Part shown: positions 14,528 to 23,077 of the stretch, piece after piece
Layout: the number at the start of each line of letters is the position of its first letter
Numbering within the stretch: the first letter of the stretch is position 1
NCBI GenBank assembly: GCA_964646715.1
Contig: CAZYFC010000001.1
Coordinates: 1-33,088 of the forward strand
Origin: an uncultured Lachnospiraceae bacterium
GTDB lineage: Bacteria > Bacillota > Clostridia > Oscillospirales > CAG-272
Direction: 5' to 3'
Length of the DNA: 33,088 nucleotides
Translations under genes and position numbers: made by a program
Notes under the pieces: generated by a model
Told to the model about the DNA's origin: nothing
Databases searched by the model: none
Seen by the model: the letters and a program-made list of their open reading frames with translations, nothing else

Positions 14528-16768
14528 ATGAAACAAAAATTCAACGTAAAAGGCATGAGCTGTTCAGCCTGCTCTGCCGCCGTGGAGCGCGCCGCAACGC
14601 ATATAGACGGCGTGACGTATGCAAGCGTCAACCTGCTCGCAGGCATACTCGCTGTCGAATACGACGAAAGCAAAACAAGCGCCGAGGCGATCATGCAGGC
14701 GATCCGAAAAGCGGGCTATACCCCATCCCTTGCCGATCGGAATCAACCGAAGGGTAGCGAAGAGAGGCAAGGCACTTCGGTCAGGACGCGCCTTCTCGTC
14801 TCGATTCCTTTTCTTCTCGTCCTCATGTACTTTTCAATGGGGCATATGATCGGCTTGCCCTTGCCGCATTTTCTGCATGGCACAGAAAACGCCGTATGGC
14901 TTGCTCTCATTCAGCTGATCCTCTCTCTGCCCATCCTCGCCGTCAACCGAAAATTTTTTACAGTAGGTCTTCGCGCTCTGTGGCGGCGCAGTCCGAACAT
15001 GGACTCGCTCGTAGCGATAGGCTCAGGGGCTGCCATGATCTACAGCATCGTGGCGATCATCATAATCGCTCACGCAAACGCGAGCGGTGACGCCTCGCTT
15101 GCCGAACGCTACGCCTCCAACCTCTATTTCGAGTCTGCCACCATGATCCTGACGCTCGTCACGGTCGGCAAAGCGCTTGAAGAGCGCTCAAAGAAAAAAA
15201 CCGACCGCGCCGTTCGCGCACTCGCTGACCTCTCCCCCAAATTCGCCACCGTCATACGCGACGGCAAGGAGGTGCTTCTGAATGCCGACGAGGTCGCGGT
15301 GGGCGATATACTCCTCATCCGTCCGGGCGAAAAGCTCCCGGTCGACGGCATCATCACCGAGGGCTCGTCCGAGCTTGACACCTCTGCCCTCACAGGCGAA
15401 AGCATGCCGCGCACCGTCACGGCAGGCGACAAGGTGATGACCGCTTCGATCAATCTGACAGGACGCTTTCACATGAGAGCCACCGAGGTGGGAAGCGACA
15501 CGACGCTTTCGAAAATCATTGAGATCGTTGAAAACGCAGGTCTTTCAAAAGCCCCGATCGCCCGACTCGCCGATAAGGTCAGCGGCGTCTTCGTGCCGAT
15601 CGTCATGTCGATCTCGCTGATCACCGCCATCGTCTGGCTGATCGTATCGAAAAGCGTTAACGACGCGCTGATCCACGCGATCTCGGTGCTTGTTATCTCC
15701 TGCCCCTGCGCGTTGGGTCTTGCCACCCCCGTTGCCGTCACCGTTTCGATCGGCCGCTGCGCCGAGCGAGGTATTCTTGTTAAATCAGCACCCTCTCTGG
15801 AGGCGCTTGCCCATATCGATACCGTCGTGCTCGACAAAACCGGCACCGTCACGCTCGGTGCGCCTACTGTCACCGATATTCTCCCGACAGAGGGGGATGA
15901 AAATGACCTGCTCGTGCTTGCTGCCGCGCTGGAGCAAGGCAGTGAGCATGTCCTGGCAAGAGCGATCCTCGCAGAAGCCGAGAAAAAGAATCTTTCGCTC
16001 CCCACACTTTCAGACTTTACCGCCATTCCGGGCAGAGGCGTCAGCGGCAGTCTTGACGGCGTTTGCTGCATTTTAGGCAACGTCGCCTTTATGAAGGAGC
16101 AGGGCGCCGATCTTGAAAACGTCGACAAAACGCTGAAAAGGCTGAATGAACAGGGCAAGACCGCCGTTCTGGTCGCCAAAAACGGCTCTCTTGTCGGCAC
16201 TATCGGCATTGCTGACAGGATCAAGCCCACCTCCGCCGGGGCGATCGCCTCTCTCAAGGCAGAGGGCATCAGTGTGATCATGCTCACAGGGGACAATATG
16301 ACCGCAGCCAAGGCCATTGCCGAGGAAAACGACTTACAGCTCGACAGGATCATTGCCGAGGTGCTTCCCTCCGACAAAGCGTCTGCCGTGAGTGCCCTCA
16401 CCGACGAAGGGCACAAGGTCGCCATGGTGGGGGACGGTATCAACGATGCCCCCGCACTGGCTGCGGCAACGGTCGGCATCGCCGTGGGAGGTGGCACCGA
16501 CATCGCACGCGAGACCTCGGACATGCTGCTACTCAAGGACGATCTCTCTGACCTGCCGTGTGCCGTCCGACTTGCACGCAAAACGCTACGCCGCATCAAG
16601 CAAAACCTCTTCTGGGCATTCTTCTATAACACGGTCGGCATCCCGATCGCCGCGGGCGTGCTTGCCCCGATCGGCATTACCCTCTCACCCATGATCGCCG
16701 CTGCCGCGATGTCACTTTCCTCACTCTTCGTCGTCACAAACTCACTCCGCCTCTACAGAGCGCAGTGA
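14528..16768 (+). CDS. copA: Copper-translocating P1B-type ATPase
   Basis: One N-terminal HMA domain GMSCSACSAAVE, plus LTGES, the transmembrane CPC motif (VISCPCALGLATP), DKTGTVT and GDGINDAP. Confidence 0.95.
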   Translation: MKQKFNVKGMSCSACSAAVERAATHIDGVTYASVNLLAGILAVEYDESKTSAEAIMQAIRKAGYTPSLADRNQPKGSEERQGTSVRTRLLVSIPFLLVLMYFSMGHMIGLPLPHFLHGTENAVWLALIQLILSLPILAVNRKFFTVGLRALWRRSPNMDSLVAIGSGAAMIYSIVAIIIIAHANASGDASLAERYASNLYFESATMILTLVTVGKALEERSKKKTDRAVRALADLSPKFATVIRDGKEVLLNADEVAVGDILLIRPGEKLPVDGIITEGSSELDTSALTGESMPRTVTAGDKVMTASINLTGRFHMRATEVGSDTTLSKIIEIVENAGLSKAPIARLADKVSGVFVPIVMSISLITAIVWLIVSKSVNDALIHAISVLVISCPCALGLATPVAVTVSIGRCAERGILVKSAPSLEALAHIDTVVLDKTGTVTLGAPTVTDILPTEGDENDLLVLAAALEQGSEHVLARAILAEAEKKNLSLPTLSDFTAIPGRGVSGSLDGVCCILGNVAFMKEQGADLENVDKTLKRLNEQGKTAVLVAKNGSLVGTIGIADRIKPTSAGAIASLKAEGISVIMLTGDNMTAAKAIAEENDLQLDRIIAEVLPSDKASAVSALTDEGHKVAMVGDGINDAPALAAATVGIAVGGGTDIARETSDMLLLKDDLSDLPCAVRLARKTLRRIKQNLFWAFFYNTVGIPIAAGVLAPIGITLSPMIAAAAMSLSSLFVVTNSLRLYRAQ

Positions 16769-16775
16769 CAGACTA

Positions 16776-16804
16776 TTGACAAATCACGTACCGTTCTGTA
16801 TAAT
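16776..16804 (+). promoter_or_regulatory. Perfect-consensus sigma-A promoter for the aldo/keto reductase gene
   Basis: TTGACA (16776-16781), a 17-nt spacer, then TATAAT (16799-16804). It starts 8 nt after the copA stop. Confidence 0.75.
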
Positions 16805-16835
16805 TAAGGCACTATTACGTCATGGAGGGCTAATT

Positions 16836-17954
16836 ATGTCTCACCCCTATTCCGAGATCAAGAAGAACTTTGGCTTTGGCGCTATGCGTCTGCCGATGAA
16901 GGACGATAAGATCGACCACGCGCTGTTCAGCGAAATGATCGACGCGTTCATAGCTGCAGGCTTTAATTACTTCGACACCGCACACTGCTATCACGGCGGC
17001 TTCTCCGAGATCGCTCTTCGTGAATGCCTCACCAAACGCTATCCGCGTGAAAGCTACGTACTTACCAATAAGCTCACCGAGAACTATTTCAACAGCACCG
17101 AGGACATCCGTCCCTTCTTTGAAAGCCAGCTTCGTGACTGCGGCGTAGACTATTTCGATTTCTATCTGCTTCACGCGCAGAATCGCGGCAATTATCCCAA
17201 ATACCAAGCAACCAAGGCGTATGAGACCGTTATGGAGCTGAAAAAAGAAGGCAAGATCCGTCACGTCGGCTTCTCCTTCCACGACAGCGCCGAAATGCTC
17301 GATACGATCCTCAACGATCACCCCGAGGTAGAGGTCGTTCAGCTTCAGTTCAATTATCTCGACTACGAGGATAACAGCGTGCAGGCACGCCTCTGCTACG
17401 AGGTCTGCTGTAAGCACCAAAAGCCGGTCATCGTCATGGAGCCTGTCCGAGGCGGCAGACTCGTAAACATCCCCGAAAGAGCCAAGGATGTCTTCGCTGC
17501 GTTGGGAGGCGGCTCTGTGGCAAGCTACGCGATCCGCTACGCCGCGAGCTTTGACAACATCTTCATGGTGCTCTCCGGTATGAGCAACATGGAGCAGGTG
17601 CTTGATAACATCAGCACCATGAAGCACTTCGTGCCGCTGAACGAAAAGGAATTTGAAGCATGCTATAAGGTCACCGATATCCTGCGCTCGCGCGACACCG
17701 TTCCCTGTACCGCCTGCCGCTACTGCACCGACGAATGCCCCGCCTCCATTGATATCCCCACCCTCTTCGATATCCTCAACAGTGAGCGCCGCGAAAGCTC
17801 CCCCGCCAACAAGGAAGCCTACGGTAAGGCAACCGAGAATACGGGCAAGGCATCCGGCTGCCTTGGTTGCGGCCTCTGCGAGCATTCCTGCCCGCAACAC
17901 TTAAAGATCCGCGAGCTGCTCACCGAGGTAAAAAAAGCCTTTGAAAAGGAATGA
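16836..17954 (+). CDS. Aldo/keto reductase fused to a C-terminal 4Fe-4S ferredoxin-type domain
   Basis: AKR N-terminus FGFGAMRLP and FDTAHCYHGG. Two Cys clusters, CTACRYCTDECP and CLGCGLCEHSCP. The start is at ATG 16836, with GGAGGG 6 nt upstream. Confidence 0.85.
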   Translation: MSHPYSEIKKNFGFGAMRLPMKDDKIDHALFSEMIDAFIAAGFNYFDTAHCYHGGFSEIALRECLTKRYPRESYVLTNKLTENYFNSTEDIRPFFESQLRDCGVDYFDFYLLHAQNRGNYPKYQATKAYETVMELKKEGKIRHVGFSFHDSAEMLDTILNDHPEVEVVQLQFNYLDYEDNSVQARLCYEVCCKHQKPVIVMEPVRGGRLVNIPERAKDVFAALGGGSVASYAIRYAASFDNIFMVLSGMSNMEQVLDNISTMKHFVPLNEKEFEACYKVTDILRSRDTVPCTACRYCTDECPASIDIPTLFDILNSERRESSPANKEAYGKATENTGKASGCLGCGLCEHSCPQHLKIRELLTEVKKAFEKE

Positions 17955-18066
17955 TCGGGCAGTCATCTCGTTTCAAGCCAAATGCATTCCCGGAAAAACC
18001 GACCCAAGGGAACATTGTCGACACAAGCATAATTTGCAAAATATTGATTTATGGAAATAGGCGTTG

Positions 18067-18095
18067 CCGTACAGGCAACGCCTATCATATTATCC
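18067..18095. terminator. Strong hairpin between the convergent reductase gene and glmS (likely a shared terminator)
   Basis: A 12-bp stem ATAGGCGTTGCC / GGCAACGCCTAT with loop GTACA. No immediately adjacent U-tract on either strand. Confidence 0.6.
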
Positions 18096-18131
18096 TTTTT
18101 TGCCAACGGTGGAATGCTTTTGACAAAGTGG

Positions 18132-19964
18132 TTATTCAACTGTCACCGATTTGGCGAGGTTACGCGGTTTATCGACGTCAAGCCCTTTGGCAAGCGAGAC
18201 GTAATACGAGAATAACTGCAGAGGAACGACCTCCAAGGACGCAGCGAAAACAGGCGTGACAGGCGGCAAGGTCACCGTGAACTCGGCAAGGGCGGTCAAG
18301 GGCTCGTTGTCGGGTGTTGTGAGCGCAAACACCTTCGCACCGCGGCAGATCACCTCAGCAGTGTTGCTGACTGTCTTTTCATAAAGATCGGGTTGTGTTG
18401 ACAGCGAAATAACAAGCGTGCCCTCTTCAATAAGCGAGATCGTACCGTGCTTCAGTTCACCTGCGGCATACGCCTCGGAATGAATATAGGAGATCTCCTT
18501 GAGCTTGAGCGAGCCCTCAAGCGCGGCGGCATAGTCAATTCCTCTGCCAATGAAGAAAATATCCTTCTCTACCGCCTTCTGTGCAGCGAAATGCTGAATG
18601 CTTTCCTTATCGCCCAGCATGGCGGCGATCTTGTCGGGAAGTGCCGTAAGCTCCTTCACATAGCCGTCGAACGCTTCCCTTGTGATCGTCCCGCGTACGA
18701 GGCCGAGACGCAGGGCGAGAAGATAGGTGACGGCGATCTGTGCGCTGTACGCCTTGGTCGTCGCAACGGCGATCTCAGGGCCCGCATGGGTATAGATCAC
18801 GCTATCCGCCTCACGCGCAATGGTAGAGCCGATGACGTTAACGATACCCACCGTTTTGATTCCGCCCTTTTTCGCCTCGCGCAAGGCGGCAAGCGTGTCA
18901 GCGGTCTCCCCCGACTGACTGATCACGACGCAGATCGAATTGTCTTCTAAAATAGGCTGACGGTAACGGAATTCGCTGGCAAGATCAACCTCAACAGGCA
19001 CGCGCGCAAGCTTTTCTATCACATACTTGCCCACCACGCCCGCGTGATATGCCGAGCCGCATGCCACGATATAGATCTTGCGAAGCGCACGGATGGCATC
19101 CTCGTCGAGACCAAGCTCGTCAAGCGGTATCTCACCGTCAATGATACGCGGCGAAAGCGTGTTGCGGATAGCGGTCGGCTGTTCGTAGATCTCCTTGAGC
19201 ATAAAATGCTCGAAGCCGTTCTTCTCTGCCGATTCAACGTCCCACTCGATGCGCGTCGGCTCTTTGACACAGACCTCAAGATCAAGATCGTAGACCTTGA
19301 CCTCGTTCTTGGTGATAGCGGCGATCTCGCGATTGCCGATATAGATCACGTCGCGCGTATATTTGAGAATGGCGGGCGCATCAGACGCGATAAAATTGCA
19401 GCCCTCACCGAGTCCAACCGCCAAGGGGCTATCCTTGCGCGCCGCAAAAACCGTCTCGGGATAGTCGGTAAAGAGGATCCCAAGCGCATATGAGCCCTCA
19501 ATACGAGTGAGCGCATGGCTGATCGCCTGCTTCGGGTCGTGCAGCTTGCGGTAGTAATAATCCAAAAGATGCACCGCCACCTCGGTATCGGTGGCAGAGA
19601 CGAAATGATAGCCACGCGCAATAAGTCGCGCACGAAGTGTAGCATGGTTTTCAATAATACCGTTATGCACGACGGCAATCGTGCCGTTTTCGTTAAAATG
19701 CGGATGCGCGTTTGCTACGCTCGGCTCGCCGTGCGTTGCCCAACGGGTGTGACCAATCCCCACCGTGCCATGGGGAGCTTCCCCTGCCACGAGGTCTTCA
19801 AGCACCGAAAGTCTGCCCTTCGCCTTGATGATCTCGATCTTATTCTTTTCACCGAACACGGCAATGCCTGCCGAGTCGTATCCGCGGTATTCCAGTTTTT
19901 TCAGTCCGTCCAACAAAATGGGGGCGGCGACCTTATCGCCGATATAGCCTACGATTCCGCACAT
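18132..19964 (-). CDS. glmS: Glutamine--fructose-6-phosphate aminotransferase (isomerising)
   Basis: Ntn-type MCGIVGYIG start, two SIS domains and the C-terminal KPRNLAKSVTVE. 610 aa. Confidence 0.97.
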   Translation of the reverse strand: MCGIVGYIGDKVAAPILLDGLKKLEYRGYDSAGIAVFGEKNKIEIIKAKGRLSVLEDLVAGEAPHGTVGIGHTRWATHGEPSVANAHPHFNENGTIAVVHNGIIENHATLRARLIARGYHFVSATDTEVAVHLLDYYYRKLHDPKQAISHALTRIEGSYALGILFTDYPETVFAARKDSPLAVGLGEGCNFIASDAPAILKYTRDVIYIGNREIAAITKNEVKVYDLDLEVCVKEPTRIEWDVESAEKNGFEHFMLKEIYEQPTAIRNTLSPRIIDGEIPLDELGLDEDAIRALRKIYIVACGSAYHAGVVGKYVIEKLARVPVEVDLASEFRYRQPILEDNSICVVISQSGETADTLAALREAKKGGIKTVGIVNVIGSTIAREADSVIYTHAGPEIAVATTKAYSAQIAVTYLLALRLGLVRGTITREAFDGYVKELTALPDKIAAMLGDKESIQHFAAQKAVEKDIFFIGRGIDYAAALEGSLKLKEISYIHSEAYAAGELKHGTISLIEEGTLVISLSTQPDLYEKTVSNTAEVICRGAKVFALTTPDNEPLTALAEFTVTLPPVTPVFAASLEVVPLQLFSYYVSLAKGLDVDKPRNLAKSVTVE

Positions 19965-19997
19965 AATTGATCTCCAAAAAAGAAAGAAAAATGTTTT

Positions 19998-21338
19998 TTA
20001 TTCGCCGCTCTTTTCAAGAACGGCAAGGATGGCATTGACACAGGCAGCACAAAGTGCCTCGGTCTTTGCCTCTGCCATCACGCGAATTAGCGGCTCGGTG
20101 CCGCTGGCGCGCACGAGAATGCGTCCTTGATCGCCAAGAAGCGCCTCCTGCTCGGCGATCACCGCGGCAAGCTGAGGATCGCTGAGCGCCTTTTCCTTGT
20201 CCTTGACGCGGATATTCTTGAGAAGCTGAGGATAGATCGTCACCTCGTCGGCAAGGCGTGAGAGCGTTTCCTTGCGCTCCAGAACGACCTCCACAATTTT
20301 AAGCGCGGTCAGAATGCCGTCACCCGTGGTGGCGTACTTGCCGAAAATAATATGCCCCGATTCCTCTCCACCGAGGCGGTAGCCGTTTTGTTGCATGGAT
20401 TCATACACGAAACGGTCGCCCACGGCGGTCTTCACGTAATCGATACCCGCCGCATCAAACGCCTTGTAAAGACCTATATTGCTCATGACCGTCGTCACGA
20501 CGGTGTTGCCGTAAAGCTCGCCGCGCTCTTTCATATACTTACCGCAGATATAGAGGATACGGTCACCCGAAACAACTCTGCCGTTTGAGTCAACGGCAAG
20601 ACAGCGGTCGGCATCGCCGTCAAAGGCAAAGCCCATGTCAAGATGCTTCTCCTTGACAAGCTGAATGAGGCTTTCCATATGCGTTGAACCGCAGTTTTCG
20701 TTAATATTCAAGCCGTCGGGATGATTGTTGATCGTATAGGTCTTCGCACCGAGTGCCTCAAAAACAGCTCTCGCAATAGTCCACGCCGAGCCGTTGGCAC
20801 AATCAAGACCAATCGAAAGATCCTTGAAGGAGCGCGTGGCAAGTGAGATCAGGTAGGCGATATAGCGGTTTCTGCCCGATGCATGGTCAAAGGTTGCACC
20901 GATCATGTCCCCCCTCGCAAGCGGCGGCTCGGGGCGCAGACCGTCCAGATAGGCCTCGATCTCGTCGGTGATCTCCTCGTTCATCTTCTCGCCGTTTGAC
21001 GAGATGAGCTTTATGCCGTTATCGTAATAGGGATTATGACTTGCTGAAATCATAATGCCGCAGTCAAAGCCGTCGGCACGCACAGCGTAGGCAACCGAGG
21101 GCGTAGTCGTGACGTGCAGAAGATAGCCTTCGGCACCCGAAGCGGAAAGACCTGCCACAAGCGCAAATTCAAGCATATAGCTTGAGCGTCTGGTGTCCTT
21201 GCCGATCACCACGCGACAGATATGCCCCTCCCGCGAAAAAAGATAACCAATATAACGACCGATACGAAAGGCGTGATCAGCCGTCAGCTTCACATTGGCT
21301 TCTCCGCGGAAGCCGTCCGTTCCGAAATATTTTCCCAT
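19998..21338 (-). CDS. glmM: Phosphoglucosamine mutase
   Basis: FGTDGFRG, the phosphoserine loop SASHNPYYDNGIK, the Mg site FDGDADR and GGEESGH. Confidence 0.95.
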   Translation of the reverse strand: MGKYFGTDGFRGEANVKLTADHAFRIGRYIGYLFSREGHICRVVIGKDTRRSSYMLEFALVAGLSASGAEGYLLHVTTTPSVAYAVRADGFDCGIMISASHNPYYDNGIKLISSNGEKMNEEITDEIEAYLDGLRPEPPLARGDMIGATFDHASGRNRYIAYLISLATRSFKDLSIGLDCANGSAWTIARAVFEALGAKTYTINNHPDGLNINENCGSTHMESLIQLVKEKHLDMGFAFDGDADRCLAVDSNGRVVSGDRILYICGKYMKERGELYGNTVVTTVMSNIGLYKAFDAAGIDYVKTAVGDRFVYESMQQNGYRLGGEESGHIIFGKYATTGDGILTALKIVEVVLERKETLSRLADEVTIYPQLLKNIRVKDKEKALSDPQLAAVIAEQEALLGDQGRILVRASGTEPLIRVMAEAKTEALCAACVNAILAVLEKSGE

Positions 21339-21396
21339 ATGCTCTCCTCACAAAGCCGATTGAAAAAAGCGCGCCTGTACGCACGTTTCTGTATTC

Positions 21397-21425
21397 ATTA
21401 TATTACATTTCCCATTTTTTGTCAA
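21397..21425 (-). promoter_or_regulatory. Perfect-consensus sigma-A promoter for glmM-glmS
   Basis: Minus strand reads TTGACA (21425-21420), a 17-nt spacer, then TATAAT (21402-21397). The leader is only about 50 nt. Confidence 0.75.
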
Positions 21426-21549
21426 CAATATCCGCCCTTTTTGAAGAAAACTCTTTCGATAGTGTCTCTTTTCGCCTGTCGATAAAAAGCAGTCGGAAAG
21501 CCTCGTTTGCCAACAAAAGTCTTTCCTCAACTCGTTTTTCATTTCAGAA

Positions 21550-21576
21550 TTGGCACTCTTAACCACGCTCTGCTAA
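21550..21576. promoter_or_regulatory. Degenerate CIRCE-like element
   Basis: TTGGCACTC-N9-CTCTGCTAA, compared with the consensus TTAGCACTC-N9-GAGTGCTAA, matches 14 of 18 positions. Confidence 0.35.
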
Positions 21577-21646
21577 CATTTACAATTCGGACATAATATA
21601 AACGAGAATTGTTCATATTTTTATGCTATCATAAGCATGCAGAGGA

Positions 21647-21673
21647 TAAGCACTCGCACCCACAGAGTGCTAA
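21647..21673. promoter_or_regulatory. CIRCE operator (HrcA binding site) upstream of hsp20
   Basis: TAAGCACTC-GCACCCACA-GAGTGCTAA matches the CIRCE consensus at 17 of 18 positions with the exact 9-nt spacer. It sits 50 nt before the hsp20 start. Confidence 0.8.
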
Positions 21674-21722
21674 TTCCTCTCTCAACCAAACAATACTGAC
21701 AGCGCAAAGCGCCAAGGAGGAT

Positions 21723-22154
21723 ATGATGTTTTTGACACCCCTTAGACACACAAATTACACCCTTGCAGATGCCTTCAACGAAATGGAGCGCATGGAAAAA
21801 GCCTTTTTCGGCAACGGCAACGCTTCGTTCGCCACCGATATTATCGATCTGGGCGATGCGTATCGCCTCGATATCGAGCTTCCCGGCTTCAAGAAGGAGG
21901 AGATCACCGTCTCACTTGAGGGCAAATACCTCACCGTAAAGGCAAAGCATATTGAAGATGCAAACAGCGATGACAAAACAGCGCCCCGCTATCTCTCCCG
22001 CGAAAGAAACACAGGCGAGATCTTCCGTAGCTTCACGGTAAACGGCATCGACACCGAGGCGATCGACGTGCTCCACGAAAACGGTCTGCTTTCGATCACA
22101 CTTCCCAAAAAGAAGCCGATCGAGCCCGAGGTAAAAACCTTCACCGTTCGCTAA
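21723..22154 (+). CDS. Small heat-shock protein, Hsp20/alpha-crystallin family
   Basis: Alpha-crystallin domain (YRLDIELPGFKKEEITV ... GLLSITLPK). AAGGAGG lies just before the tandem ATGs at 21723/21726, and the second ATG has the better spacing. Confidence 0.9.
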   Translation: MMFLTPLRHTNYTLADAFNEMERMEKAFFGNGNASFATDIIDLGDAYRLDIELPGFKKEEITVSLEGKYLTVKAKHIEDANSDDKTAPRYLSRERNTGEIFRSFTVNGIDTEAIDVLHENGLLSITLPKKKPIEPEVKTFTVR

Positions 22155-22177
22155 GCCCCATTTTTCTTCTTTTCATA

Positions 22178-22213
22178 GAAAAGACGCGTTCACCCGAACG
22201 CGTCTTTTTCTTT
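22178..22213. terminator. Bidirectional intrinsic terminator between convergent hsp20 and the PHP gene
   Basis: AAGACGCGTTC-accc-GAACGCGTCTT (11-bp stem), flanked by an A-run upstream and TTTTCTTT downstream. Confidence 0.8.
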
Positions 22214-23057
22214 AATGAGACTCCTTCAAAGCCTTCAATGCTTCCAGATAAGCATACGGCACGCAAAGACTGCCCTTGCCGCTGCCGAGCGCGATCGTCG
22301 GCTTGTTCTCACCGTGGAAATCACTTCCGCCACTCGGCAAAATGCCAAAGCTCTCTGCGAGCTTGCAAAGGCGCGCCGTCTCTTCCTCCGAGAAGAGCGA
22401 GTAGCGTGTCTCCATGCCCTGAAGCCCTTTTTCCTTCGCCTTGGGGAGAAATTCGAGCAGCTTTTCTTCGCTGAGGCTGAGAAGAGGATGTGCCAGGATC
22501 GGCATGGCACCTATCGAACGGATAAATGCGATCACGTCAAGCGCGTCAAGGCGTTCAGGCGGATGATAGAAGCCGTGCTTAGGGGCAAGAAGGGTAGAAA
22601 ACGCTTCCTTCACCGAGGCAGTATAGCCCTTTTCGGTCAAAAGCGCCGCGATATGAGCGCGGTTTACAAGCCCCTTCGTCTTGCTCTTTGCCTCCTCATA
22701 GGTCAGATCGTAGCCCGCATCCCGCAGTGCTGAGACAAGCGCGCGTGTCGATGCGCGTTTTCTCTCGCTCGCCTCTTCAAGAAGCGCCGTCAAAGGCGCG
22801 TAATGCTTCTCCTCGAGAAAGAACGCAAGGATATGCAGCTCATCCTCTTCGTATTCGGTCGAGATCTCACAGGCGGCGATCCCCTCGATCCCCTCCCTTT
22901 CAGCGGCGGCAAGAAAGCGTTCAAGACCGCCGACCGTGTTGTGGTCCGATAGCGCCACTGCCGAAAGGCCGTTCTCCTTTGCCAAGGCCACAAGCTCCTC
23001 AGGCGTACATGTACCGTCCGAAAAGACGGTGTGCGTATGAAGGTCGCAAAGCTTCAT
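22212..23057 (-). CDS. PHP-domain metal-dependent phosphoesterase
   Basis: N-terminal DLHTHTVFSDG and SDHNTVGG motifs, with a later GGSDFHG. Confidence 0.85.
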   Translation of the reverse strand: MKLCDLHTHTVFSDGTCTPEELVALAKENGLSAVALSDHNTVGGLERFLAAAEREGIEGIAACEISTEYEEDELHILAFFLEEKHYAPLTALLEEASERKRASTRALVSALRDAGYDLTYEEAKSKTKGLVNRAHIAALLTEKGYTASVKEAFSTLLAPKHGFYHPPERLDALDVIAFIRSIGAMPILAHPLLSLSEEKLLEFLPKAKEKGLQGMETRYSLFSEEETARLCKLAESFGILPSGGSDFHGENKPTIALGSGKGSLCVPYAYLEALKALKESH

Positions 23058-23077
23058 GGAAAATCCCTCTCTCCGAT

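Noticed and set aside
17951-18259. A 102-aa plus-strand ORF starting in an ATGA overlap with the reductase stop codon.
   Set aside because: It reads through the 12-bp terminator hairpin (18067-18095) and then antisense into glmS. It has no RBS and an odd composition.
21426-21600. A possible degenerate glmS ribozyme or other structured RNA upstream of glmM. Short matches such as ACGAGG, TTATCGA and GGCGGAT appear on the minus strand.
   Set aside because: The matches are scattered and out of register with the ribozyme core, and no AGCGCC cleavage-site context is present. The region also lies upstream of the consensus glmM promoter, so it would not be in the transcript.
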